DNA of 64,000 bases from Octopus sinensis. Lineage: Eukaryota. Below are positions 51,454-64,000 of the stretch, piece after piece (positions within the stretch are counted from its first letter, which is position 1; each line of letters opens with the position of its first letter). A program made the position numbers and the translations under genes. The stretch covers positions 35,526,001 through 35,590,000 of the forward strand of contig NC_043008.1 in assembly GCF_006345805.1 (NCBI RefSeq), read 5' to 3'. The notes beneath the pieces are model-generated. The model was not told where the DNA came from. It did no database searches and was given only the letters and a program-made list of their open reading frames with translations.

Positions 51454-53227
51454 TCGTATATATATTATAAATCCCGTTCTGTTTGTGCGTGTGTAAAAGA
51501 TTATAACGGCCGTATTTTTCACCTGATTTTCTCCAAACTAGGTACATACATTACTTATGTTCCAGGGATGGTTTTTAGACTCTTAAAAGTTTTCACATAA
51601 TGAGTAACGCCCCCCCCCCCTGGGGACAGAAGACCTCTGTTCCTGGGTTACGAGGACAAGTAACTTGCGAAGTAACTTACAAAATTTATTGTTTGCTTTG
51701 CATCCATTGGTCATTAAAAAATTTAATATTCCTTTCTATATTAGATTCACGTCTTTGAAAGTTAAAAAAAATATTTACTTCCGTTTTCTAGTGTCAGTGA
51801 CGTCTATATCTCTTCATCTTTATCTCTCTATCCATCTTTCTCTATCTATTTCTATCTCTCTATCTATCTCTATCTCTCTACACCTCTCTATCTATCTCTA
51901 CCTCAATATCTAGCTTTCTGTATTCATCTCTCTATATCTATCTAATTGGTCTAACTAGCTAGCTTTCTCTCTCTCTCTCTCTCTCTTCCCCCTCTCTCTA
52001 TATCTCACTCACTCTCTATTGTTTTTACTTTCATTTTTCAGACTCTATTCTTTTCACTTTAAGTTTTCAATCGCTATTTACAAACAGCAACGACAAATTA
52101 CTGGCAGAAAGAAGTTCACAATTACTGATGAAAGTAATTTCATACATAATCTACAGACAGAAGTAACTTCATAAATTTCACGTCAGTTCGTACACTTCGT
52201 TAAATTTGCCTAAATATTTCTTATTTACATTTGCAACGGTTTTGTGGTTTTCTGTTGTTAAGGGCTTTTTTCTCGTTCCTTCGATACTGGAAATATAATT
52301 TCCGCTACCCAGTTATTTTCATTGTTTACTATCTTCTGCACCCGTATATTTCTGTATACGTATATTAACATGCCTAGAAGGAAAGTGTCAAATTTGTCGG
52401 CAATGTCAAGGTCAGTCGAAAGAATGTCTCTGTCTAAGGAAAGAGAGACAGCTGCAGAAAGGGAGGCATACCAAGAAACGAGCGGACTGTGCATTACAAA
52501 AACCAGAGCATATCAACGTGATGACAAGGAATAGGATCTCCACTGCAGAACTAAGAGCAGTTGTAACAGCTCAGAGAAGCAAATTCTATAAAGCAGCTTT
52601 CAGTTATGATCCAGCAGCTCATTATGTAGATGACACTAGAGTTTCCATTGTAAAGTAAGGAAGATGCTTGGAGAGACACTTGCACTGTGCTGCAGTGGTA
52701 GAAAGGTTAAACTGTCTGCAGTCCCCCAACTTCAAGAGCCGTTGAAGAAACTGTTGTCATCAACTGATCAAGATTCCAAACACTTCCAAAACAAAATTAG
52801 ACACTACAACGCAGCACTACAGATGACATCATTTGGAGCCACAAGAGATTTAACTGGGCCAAGATTCATGCAAACTTTCAAGATCTAAGGTCAGATTTAT
52901 CATCGGATTGGTTATCTACTACCTGTTTCAAATGAATCACCAAAATTGACCTTTCATTGTTTATAATCTGTAACTATTTTTATTTTTAGTTTACGAAATA
53001 AGCTACACAAAACGTGTTTTTGAAATACGTGTATTTGCTTTATATACATACATAAGTTGAAAACTTCCTTTTAACATTTCGCTTGACATCTATATTCCAT
53101 GCTGGCACGTGTTATTAATGTAGAAAGTTGTTATCTAGCGCTAGTAGTTGAAACCTGCGTAATCTAGAGGGCGTTTTGAAATTTCATTATTGTCTTTAAC
53201 CTGAGCAACGCCGGGTATTTCTGCTAG
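51454..53227 (+). mobile_element. Internally deleted Helitron
   Basis: 5' TC..TATATATTATAAA; Rep N-terminal remnant CCSGRKVKL..LQEPLKKLL..SKHFQNKIRHYNAALQMTSFGA..FKI.GQIYHRIG.LLP (52660-52930); 3' hairpin ACCTGAGCAACGCCGGGT then CTAG|T. Confidence 0.9.
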
Positions 53228-53323
53228 TATATATATACACACACATATATATATATGTATATACATACATACATACATACATACATACATACATACATAC
53301 ATACATACATACATACATACATA

Positions 53324-53527
53324 CTGGGTGGCCAAAAGCCACCTGAAAGTAAATCAAAACCATTTAATTCCAATATTTGTTTATGTTTAACAACTGAATG
53401 AATTTAATAAACCATCTAAATAAGAAACATCATGAAAATTGTTCAAACTGAAGTCCTCCTTGAGCGACATTACAGATAGTATTTATGGAATTTTGATTTA
53501 CTGTTAAGTGACTTTTCGCCAACCCTG
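53324..53527. mobile_element. Tc1/mariner-type MITE
   Basis: Imperfect TIRs CTGGGTGGCCAAAAGCCACCT..AGTAAATCAAAA / TTTTGATTTACT..AAGTGACTTTTCGCCAACCCTG. Confidence 0.75.
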
Positions 53528-53539
53528 TGTGTGTGTGTA

Positions 53540-53897
53540 TGGAGGCACAATAGCCAAGTGATTAGGGCAGTTGACTCGTGGTCGTAAGATCGCGGTTTCG
53601 ATTGCCAGACCGGGCGTTGTGAGTGTTTATTTAGCGAAAACACCTAAGGCTCCAAGAGGTGAACCCCGCTCTACTCTTTCACCACAACTTTCTCTCACTC
53701 TTTCTTCCTGTTTCTGTTGTACCTGTATTTCAAAGGGCTAGCCTTGTCACACTCTGTCACGCTGGATCTCGCCGAGAAGTACGCTAAGGGTACACGTGTC
53801 TGTAGATTGCTCAGCCACTCACACGTTAATTTCACGAGCAGGCTGTTCCGTTGATCGGATCAGCTGGAACCCTCGTCGTCGTTACCGACGAAGTGCT
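53540..53897 (+). mobile_element. tRNA-derived SINE family C head with alternative 3' tail
   Basis: Head matches 31186; tail matches 24138-24330. Confidence 0.8.
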
Positions 53898-53898
53898 A

Positions 53899-53968
<70 letters not shown>

Positions 53969-55295
53969 CGAGAGGGAGAGAGAGATGAAAAGAGAGAGAG
54001 GGGCAAGAGTATGGGAGATAAGAAAGAACACTTCGAGCATGCCAAAATAGATAGCGATTCAGAGACAGATCCATCACCAATGCATGCCGCAGTGGTGCAA
54101 TTTGACAAGCTACGTATCCAGTCATAGGCTGATCCCAGAGCAGAGTAATTTAGTTAAAAATTCATTCTGTTTATCTGCTATTCTGTCATTCTTAAAGTGT
54201 TATTCTGTTACACCATTACTCTGTTATTCAGTTATATAGGCATTCCGTTATTCAAGTCGCATACTGTGATCGCTCTAGGGCGAAAACTTTGCCATGACAA
54301 TAACTGATAATAACCGGCTGATAGCATTAAACGAATTAAGAGTCTGAGATCTACTTTGATAACAATAAGCGACTTACACCATTGTCTATGATTAGAAAAA
54401 GCGGATTCGATTGAAATTTCATTTGAAGATTTCATCAGAAAATAAAGTTCTTTTTCTCTTAGTTCTTTCAAAACAAAAATTGTTTATGTATTTTATTAAC
54501 TTTTTAAAATATATTTTGTACAAAAATTATCGTTTTACTTTTATAATTTTATTAATTAAATTTGTTTTCTTCTATTTATTATTTTAATATTTTTTCCTTT
54601 TAATTTCATATCATCCGCCAACCATTTCCCTTTTATCCGTTTATCTGTTTCTTTTATTCTATCCCGTCTTTCGTATTAGTTATAATTCCGTTTTATCTGC
54701 ATTACTATCTTTGATCAAATCTACAAAGTTTGCTTACACAATTGTGTCTCGGCTTTATTCAGTGCACCTCTTGCGATTGATTTGTCTATGAGTCAAGGCC
54801 TCTTCATATTCTTAAATAGACGAGAAGCGTGTTTACTGAACTTCAACTTCACTTCCCACTCATATAACCACCTTTCTCTCATGTTTCTTCGCTCTCACTC
54901 TCTCTCTCTCTCTCGACACACACACATTCCTCCCACCTCATCCCTTACTCTCTTATCTCCTCTACCCCTATACATCTGCTTCCTTTTCACCATCTCCTCC
55001 CACTCTCTCTCTCTTTCTCTCTCTAATCTCTGAATATCTATATTTCATAGTCTTGCAAATGGCCATCAATGAATAGAGAATCATCCCTGCACTGAAGACA
55101 ATCTATCTCAGTATCTAGAGGCCCCTATGACTCTGAATATGTACTGATTGTTATCGGTACAAAATAGAGGGGTCCCTAAGTTCATTTTGACAATCTCGCC
55201 GGTGCTGATTCTACGATAAAACACCTAAACTCATTGGAGGATGACTTGTTTGCAGCCCAGTCCAGCACCACAACCTGGGCCATCGACGCATTTAA

Positions 55296-55472
55296 CCCTT
55301 TACCTGGCAGAAACGAATATATGCGTTTTGACCTAAATCGTTTTTTTTCTATCTCTGGCGAGTTAACTCGTCAAAAGATAGACTCGCCAAAATCGACAAT
55401 TAAAAAATAAAACAATTAAAAAATATGTTTGAAAAAATACATTTATTTTCAAAATAATTGTTGGGTAAGGGG
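55296..55472. mobile_element. piggyBac-like MITE
   Basis: TTAA|CCCTTTACC ... GGTAAGGGG|TTAA. Confidence 0.7.
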
Positions 55473-55544
55473 TTAAGCATTTGGATCAGGTTTCCAGTCT
55501 CAGGATTGTTCAATATCTTAAATTAATATATACCCTTGAGATAT

Positions 55545-55757
55545 TGGTTTCAAATTTTGGCACAAGGTTAGGAATTACGGGGAAGAGAAAAAGTCGATTA
55601 TATTGACCTCATTGCTCAACTGGTACTTATTTTATCGATCCCAAGAGCGTGAAAGGCATAATCGACCTCGGCGGAATTTCAACTCAAAGCATAAAGACGG
55701 ACGAAATGCTGCTAAGCATTTTACCCGGTTGCCTACTATTCTGCCAGCTCACCACCT
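55545..55757 (-). mobile_element. SINE family A, diverged
   Basis: Reverse-complement consensus match. Confidence 0.8.
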
Positions 55758-57385
55758 TATCTATAATTATCCAGTCATTGAACACTCACTTGCAGCTGTC
55801 AGGTTCTTTCTGGTTATTTATTTACAAGGATCCTTAGAAGCAATATGCAGATCCTCTAAAATTCATCTGATCTGTCCTTCCTCTTTTTATTAAGCTATAA
55901 CAAACATGTATTCTAAGGTGTTCCAGCCACGATCACCACGGCTTCTGCTTTTTGTCTCTTTTTTCTTCCAAACATTTTTGAACTACATAAGCTCATTTCC
56001 TTTTCTTCTTTAAAACGATGGATATAATTTTAAGATTTGGTAGATTATAAAAGTTTATGAAGTCAATACAGGTTTAGTAGTAAAGCAAATAAAGCCTACA
56101 TTTACTGATTGCTTATCAAGACGAAGCAACCGCTAGGTTTAACACAGATTAAACACACATGGAGTTTTTCTAAAATTTTGGGGAGGGTTTTCCCCCTTGC
56201 TTTTACCTTTGTTGTCGAGCGTTTTTTCCCCCTCTATTTTTGTATTTATTAATCCAACATCCAGAATACTGCAGCGAAAACCATCAGCCTTGTTAATTGC
56301 TGATCCCTGAAATGGGAAAACGAATGGAGGATGGTGTTGGAGACCGAGGAAAGAGGCAAGTATAGAGTAAAATGTGGTGGGCATAGAGTGGAAAGCCATA
56401 ACTGAAGGTAAGTGGAAAAGGATGGGATAAAATCAAATTAAGATTAGTAATAAGAGGAGAAAATAAATATTCAGTGGAAAAGGAGTAGGGATAAAGTGGA
56501 GATGAATGGTTATGAAGTGGAAAGAAATAAGGATAAAAGTAAAGAAGAAAGGGGCTGATATAAAGAAAAATCGAATGGGGGTGAAAGGGAACAGGGTAGA
56601 AGGATAGAAGAGTAGAGAGAATAGGGAAGAGAAATGGACAAGGGTGAAAGAAGTAGGGATAATGCAGACGAAGAATAGCGTGGGAATAGTTAAGATGAAA
56701 TGAACAATAACAATAATAAAGAGAAAAAAAGGTAAAGAAAGGTAAAGAGGGGGAATATAGGTTAAATGAGAAAAGAGATCGTTAAGAATATGAATGATTT
56801 AAGAGTAAGGAAAAGGTGGGGTGTAAAATAGGAAAGTATAAATGGAAAAGGTATAGGTGGATTATTGTAAGGATAATGCAAACAGAAGTTGAGATAAGGA
56901 GGTGGCAAGAAAAAATGGCGATAATGAAAGGTGGAAAAAAAAAAAAAATAACAATAACAATATTTTTTTTTTTTTTTGTTCTTAATCAACATTAACCCTT
57001 TCCTTTGCAGTAGATATGTGTTATAATTCGTACATATACATTTCTTATCGACAAAACAATCTTTCGTTTGACCATTTCAAGTGTTGGCGGAACACCATAG
57101 TTGCTGAACACTACACCGGAAGTCTGGGTGTATTGAAATGGAAATAGAGAATAGAGAAATGAAAGTTTCTCATTGAAAACTGCAGAAACGAAGCAGTATA
57201 GATTAAGGAAAAAAAAAACGAAAACAAAAAACAGACCGAAAAAACTCGCTCGACAACGATAAGTGCTTTTAGCAAGAACTGTATTGTAGTGGCTGTTACC
57301 TTTTATTATCATATTCAATCTTTCCATTATAAACTGTGAAACTGTACACACGCGTTCCTGTCTATATGTGTTCATGATATATATA

Positions 57386-57451
<66 letters not shown>

Positions 57452-57470
57452 CATACACACACACACACAC

Positions 57471-57504
<34 letters not shown>

Positions 57505-57689
57505 ACACACACACACATATATATATATATATGAGAGAGAAAGAGAGAGAGAAGTACGGAGAGAGGAATAAATAAATATAGAAACAGATTAGATATATCA
57601 AGTTATATATTTATAAAGGCGGCGAGCTGGCAGAATCGTAAGCACGTCGGGCAAAATGCATAAACATACATGTCTGCAAATGTTTCAGA

Positions 57690-59270
57690 CCAAGCTTCCC
57701 CTATTCACTTTACTGGCGGTGTCCTTTCTAGCAGCTCGCTTAAATTCTACATGAGAAATAAGTGGGGATTTTTCGAAAAAACAACTCCTTCCTATACTTA
57801 TTTCCTCCATTAGTGGCGATGACAGGCATTGCTTCCCCAATTGACTTTCCATATTTTACACGCATATCGTTCGCTTATATTCTCTCCAAGGAGTGGAGTC
57901 TCAGTTCGTTCAGCCTCTTTTAATAGCTCATCTGTTGCACTGAAGCAATCTTGTTAGTGTAACAGCATTAGATTACCTCAAAGGCAGCGAACTGGCAGAA
58001 ACGTTAGCACGCCGGACGAAATGCGTAGCCGTATTTCGTCTGCCGTTACGTTCTGAGTTCAAATTCCGCCTAGGTCGACTTTGCCTTTCATTCTTTCGGG
58101 GTCGATTAAATAAGTACCAGTTACGCACTGGGGTCGATATAATCGACTTAATCAGTTTGTCTGTCCTTGTTTGTCCTCTCTGTGTTTAGCCCTTTGTGGG
58201 TAGTAAAGAAATAGATTACCTCAAGTTATGCCATTAGTTTGACACTATGTGACAACTATAAATGGGAACAAACAAATGTCTACCACTGGATCAAACATGA
58301 CTCCCTGTGCCCTCGTTCTGAAAGATTTCGAAGTCCAGCTAGTCGTCTACTCATCGTTACCAACAATGTAATCTACAATGACATATCGTTACCTGCGCCA
58401 ATTCCCAGGTCATGTACATGTTTTTGACTCTGGGATCGCAATCTCCTTTGGATCTATGTAGCCTGACTTAGATATGTTTAAGGGATTAATTCAGAGTGTT
58501 TAATGTTTCTTAATGTTGAACAACATGTTTTCTTCGAACTATTTGCATAATACATCTAAATCAGACTGTAGATATATGATGCCATTATGGTTTTTTTTTT
58601 ATTGCCTGTGATAATCTTGTATCGTCAGCGTAACTTTTGAGAGTGACTATCTGTATCGCTAAGAGCACCACTAGAAACAACTCCAGTACGGCCCTTTGAA
58701 GGACTCAACTCAGAATTAATGTCCTCCCTTTAAAAGTCATGCTGTTACACTCGTAGTTTTCCATCCGTACCATGATCATACATTTTGTGACGTATCAATC
58801 CAAAACCACCTTTATCGAAGGCCTTCGTAAAATCGATATCTAAGAAACAATATAAGGCAGCTCCTTCTCAGATGAAAGCTCTGCCGGATATCAGTAGGCA
58901 AGCTATTTTCTTCTAAGAACGTAATCAGCATCCCTCTGACAATTTGTTCTGATCTTTGAAGTTAGAGACGTACAGGCCTGTAATACCCAACAACCACCCT
59001 ACTTCCTACTCCTTAGATATGGTACACCATGCTCTTCAGACATTTGGGAGAATTTATTTCTTGCGAGAAAGTCTTGGAAAAATATCTGCAGCGGTTTTAC
59101 TAGAGCCTTTTTATTTATACGTACAAGAATCACAAGGGCTCGACTTGAGTCTGAATTCACTTACTCTGTGACTGATATTACGTTTTCTTCCTTTATGTTG
59201 ATGTAATCGATGGTTGCCGCCTTTTCATGAAGAGCTGCAGTGTCACACAACTCATCTGGTTTACTTACTT
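57690..59270 (-). mobile_element. Decayed CR1/L2-group LINE RT remnant, interrupted by a SINE
   Basis: Minus: IDFTKAFDK (~58810-58840), GVLQRAVL (~58690), SYADDT (~58620-58640), LRLHSLER (~57890). Confidence 0.7.
57982..58211 (+). mobile_element. SINE family A with 13-bp TSD
   Basis: TAGATTACCTCAA at 57969-57981 and 58212-58224. Confidence 0.95.
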
Positions 59271-59447
59271 CCATATGGCATGGTGCAGTGTGCATTCAGT
59301 ATTTCCTTTCATCTTTTGGGGTTCTCTAGTCTGTGAACTAATTCGTTCGAACAATACACACACACACACACATACACACACACACACACACCACAGAAAT
59401 AAATAGACAGACAGACAGTTAGACAGATAGAGATGGGTGGATGGGGC

Positions 59448-60243
<796 letters not shown>

Positions 60244-60712
60244 CAAATATATAGATAAATACAGAGATAGATAAACAGGAAGATAGACAGATAGTTATGT
60301 ATACGCGTGTGAACGTGTATGAGCGCGTGCATTATATAATAGCTATTGTATTTTTATATCAAGGTCATGAGACATTGACTGTAAACATTTAGAAACAATA
60401 ATTTAAGAAAAACATCCTAGTAGTGAAACTTTTACGACAGAAATCAAAACAGATAGCTGCCAGCAGATGTATTTGATGACTACATACCTAGAGTGAAGCC
60501 ATTACTAAAATTAAGCATTAAAATGTTTTTCTTCTTCATGGCTGAGTCATACAGAATTTTCTTGACAATGTTGCACAGATGATATATTAGCTATGAAATT
60601 CATAATTCTAAAACAGTAAGAAATCTTGCCACAATTCCATATACACTGTGACTCCAAGGAATATGAATAGTTAATAGCTAACATATGCTTATTTATCTAT
60701 CTATGAGAGTGT

Positions 60713-60756
60713 ATACATACATACATACATACATATATACATAATACATTCATACA

Positions 60757-60790
<34 letters not shown>

Positions 60791-60988
60791 CATACATACA
60801 TGCATACATACATACATATATACATACATACATACATACATACACACATACATACATACATACATACTTACATACATACATATATACATACATACATACT
60901 TACATACATACATAAATACATACATACTTACATACATACATACATACATACCTACATACATACATACATACATACATACATACATACA

Positions 60989-61020
<32 letters not shown>
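60713..61020. repeat. (TACA)n microsatellite
   Basis: Direct reading. Confidence 0.97.
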
Positions 61021-61021
<1 letters not shown>

Positions 61022-61256
61022 GCATACATTCATGTGCGTGTATATACATACATGTGATTGTGTTATATATCATTATTGTTATTAGTCTTGTCCTTCCCAT
61101 CCACTCCTTTTCTTCTCTTCCCTTCCTCCTCTCCTCCTCATCCTCTGCATTTCCTTCTCTGAGCAAACACTTCCATGTCTCTCAACACCCACAGAGAGGA
61201 GGACTCTGCATGTCGTGGCTGCTGATGCGCAAGTATGCGCTGAAACCGTGATACCT

Positions 61257-61480
61257 ATTTCTTTATTGCCCACAAGGAGCTAAACATAGAGGGTACAAAC
61301 AAGGACAGACATAGGTATTAAATCGATTACATCGACCCCAGTGCGAAACTCGTACTTATTTAATCGAACCCGAAAGGATGAAAGGCAAAGTCGACCTCGG
61401 CGGAATTTGAACTCAGAACGTAACGGCAGACGAAATACGGCTACGCATTTCGCCCGGCGTGCTAACGTTTCTGCCAGCTC
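61257..61480 (-). mobile_element. SINE family A with 12-bp TSD
   Basis: ACCGTGATACCT at 61245-61256 and 61481-61492. Confidence 0.93.
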
Positions 61481-62899
61481 ACCGTGATACCTCCGACGAT
61501 TCGTTGATGGTGAACCGCTGCGGTCGCCATTCGTCAGACGCACCATTTCACAGCTCGTTTCTTTGACAGAGCTACAGTCTTACAGTCTCGGATCAAGCAA
61601 AGATTGAGATGGGAAGCTTAGTATATGGAATGCCATCAAGTGTTTACTGGTTTCTACTTGTAGGGCAATGTGGTTATAGGACGTTCAACGTTAGCGTTCC
61701 ACAGAGGTTGAGTGTCAGGCAAAAGAGATGACGTCCTCGGGGGATCTTTGGACGTTGACGAAGATTAGCTGGTTCATCTATTGTGGAAGGCTTTCGGGCC
61801 GAAACCCAGAGATAATTTCCTGAGATCTCTGGCCTGGCAGTGCTGCCTTGGGCCATTGCTAGTTCAAGATAAACTCTATAGGCACAGAAGTGTTGTAAGC
61901 CAAATCTGTCCGAGATTCGCGCAAGGTAAATAAATTTTTCTGCACACTCGTCCAGTGTCCGAGAATTGCTGACTTTATATATATATATATATATAAAGTC
62001 ACCTGACTTCTATGCGAATGAAAGGTTCAGGGTTTCCAACAAAAAGTTACAACTTGTTTTCGGAGATGACAAGAGCGATAAAGAATTTTAAAGAAGAAAA
62101 AACCAAGATTGAAGTCAAGCAACATAGTGAGTGACCATCACCTGCGATCTAATCTTCAATACTAATTTTTAGCTCCTGATTTTTCAGATGTATTGTGATA
62201 AGAGACTAGAATTTCTCTGCTCCTTGACCTAAATAATTGAACATGTTAATGGTAACAGCCCTTAAATGTGTTTACGTTAAGCTCGTAATAATATTCTTAG
62301 ATATCGCCCAAGTGTGAACTGATTGACATGCAACCACTTTATTAAGACACAATACTATTAAGTGGGCAAGTAGCCTGGTTTTGACTGCTGCAGTTTAGCT
62401 GTTTGGGAGAGGATTAGAAAGCAATGTTTTTTCACGCAAGAATAGCTGACTTCAGCGGTATACGCATTGAAGCGCTTATTGTGTATATGTATTGGTGAGA
62501 AACTATTTGCTATGCTTGTTGAAACTTCCAAATGATCGAGTAGATTAAATCAGAATATTCCCCTTCCTGGCACTTCTTGTTAAGATATATTCCATGTGAA
62601 CTAACTTCTTACTGAAACCACTTTTAGTTACAATAGGGGCAGATCTTCTCAAAGATGGCCCCCTCTGATTGATAGCTCGGTGACTCTCCAATTTCTAGTC
62701 TGCCAGATTCCTAGTTATGACAGTTGGATGAATATAATACTTGTCACCGTATATCGTTAACTTTCAATATGGTAACGTTTCTCTGTTTTTAATATAATAT
62801 TATACATATAAAATCGACTATTGTTAACTTGGTGCTAATAAATAAATTTAAACTAAACTCTCTAAATATGTCTATTAAATCCTTTCTAAATCCATCTAT

Positions 62900-63900
62900 G
62901 ATCATTCGTACTGTATGAAATTACTCAAACCGTCATCTCTGTGCTGTCTTTGGACTAGGGAGTTTAGATTTTGTTTACTTGGGGATTTTTTTCCTATGTT
63001 TTAATGAAGTGGTTTGTCATAAGCTTAGTGTGAGTTGTAGTATTTATCTCTTATATTCTTTAGCCGAACAGTTGTAGAACCTCGGAGATTGTTTTAAATA
63101 TATCTTACGTTAACTCAATGAGTTATAGAATTAGTTGTTGTTTTGAAATCTTACGTTTTTGTCATCTTAATGAGGTAGAATTTGAAGTGTTTATGGCATT
63201 TGATATGCTGGAGGCACTTTTATGGCTTCCGTTCATACTCCTTTTTAGGTCTCCTGATAATAAATTTATTGTCGGAGCATACCTTCCAACGCAAACGCTT
63301 GATTACACTTTCTTTTCAGCGATGTATATAGTTTAAATATTCCCTTCCTTGTTAAATATTGTGTGATTTAGTAAATTTTCGCAACTTAAAAGTCGCAACC
63401 CAACTGTGTGGAATACAAAACCAGAATCTGTTGCAATTATGTAGTTATGGTTTTGTGAGATATTACTAGATGATAAAAGTTGCGTTTCTTCAAGAAGTAT
63501 ATCAATCAATATAACCAAATTTTCTTTAGCTTAGTACGGAGGTACGTCGCAATTGATCAAATACACAAAATATTCAGCAAGAACATCACAACAATTAGCC
63601 ACAGTTATGGTGTCAGCATTAAAATCTTGATTTCTGAAAAAGCCAAAACAACAGTCTCCTGTCATTGAACCAACCCAAATGTAATTAAGACAGCATTAAT
63701 TTATATCCTCGTGACGACACATGCCTCGGTAAACAATTGATATGCTGTACGAAAGTGAAGTTCGCTGAACAAAGAGAACAAAGTAATTAAAACTTAACGG
63801 AAATTACTTTTAAGGACAGATATACACAGCACACGTATTCTTTTAGATAGCTGTAACAAAGAAATTCCACCTCTCTCTCACACATCATGCATGTTGGCTA
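62900..63900 (-). mobile_element. Possible very old RTE-like LINE RT remnant
   Basis: Minus fragments LVILIDILL and FHTVGLRL in the order expected for RT motifs; no intact catalytic motif seen. Confidence 0.3.
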
Positions 63901-64000
63901 AAAGATGAAATTTTCATATACTTCAATGTACTGTCGTCAGTGTCATAACTTAAGAAATATTCTGGACGATCTAAATCATGCAGTGTATTCCCCTGTGAAA

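Noticed and set aside
61495-61540. Minus-strand CTGACGA followed by a long hairpin
   Set aside because: No GAAA at the required position.
61780-61815. GGC-tttcgg-GCC-GAAA hammerhead-like motif
   Set aside because: Upstream core (TTGTGGA) too divergent; no stem I or III.

Overview
AT-rich, repeat-saturated eukaryotic intergenic/intronic DNA. The SINE families and very dense (TA)n/(CA)n/(AGAT)n/(TAA)n microsatellites suggest an octopus/cephalopod genome (inference). No host protein-coding exon can be supported, and nearly all listed ORFs are microsatellite translation noise. The window holds: a near-full-length decayed Penelope-like retroelement (PLE, Neptune-type RT + Cys linker + GIY-YIG) with direct pseudo-LTRs; two further truncated PLEs with CA-rich 3' UTRs; two mariner copies; a hAT (Buster/SPIN-like) remnant; a Helitron; an R4/Dong 3' end in (TAA)n; CR1- and RTE-like remnants; several MITEs; and many tRNA-derived SINEs. 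Two signals stand out. First, about a dozen minimal type-I hammerhead-ribozyme motifs from several unrelated families lie in microsatellite-embedded PLE ends, including a textbook GUC hammerhead at 36904-36967, U3-A8 compensatory core variants and sense/antisense inverted pairs. Second, the PLE has an upstream coiled-coil/Pro-rich ORF1 joined to an ATG-less RT frame by an in-phase U_UUU_UUA -1 slippery site. (TA)n-centred fold-back palindromes also recur. All structures were folded by eye; no searches were run.
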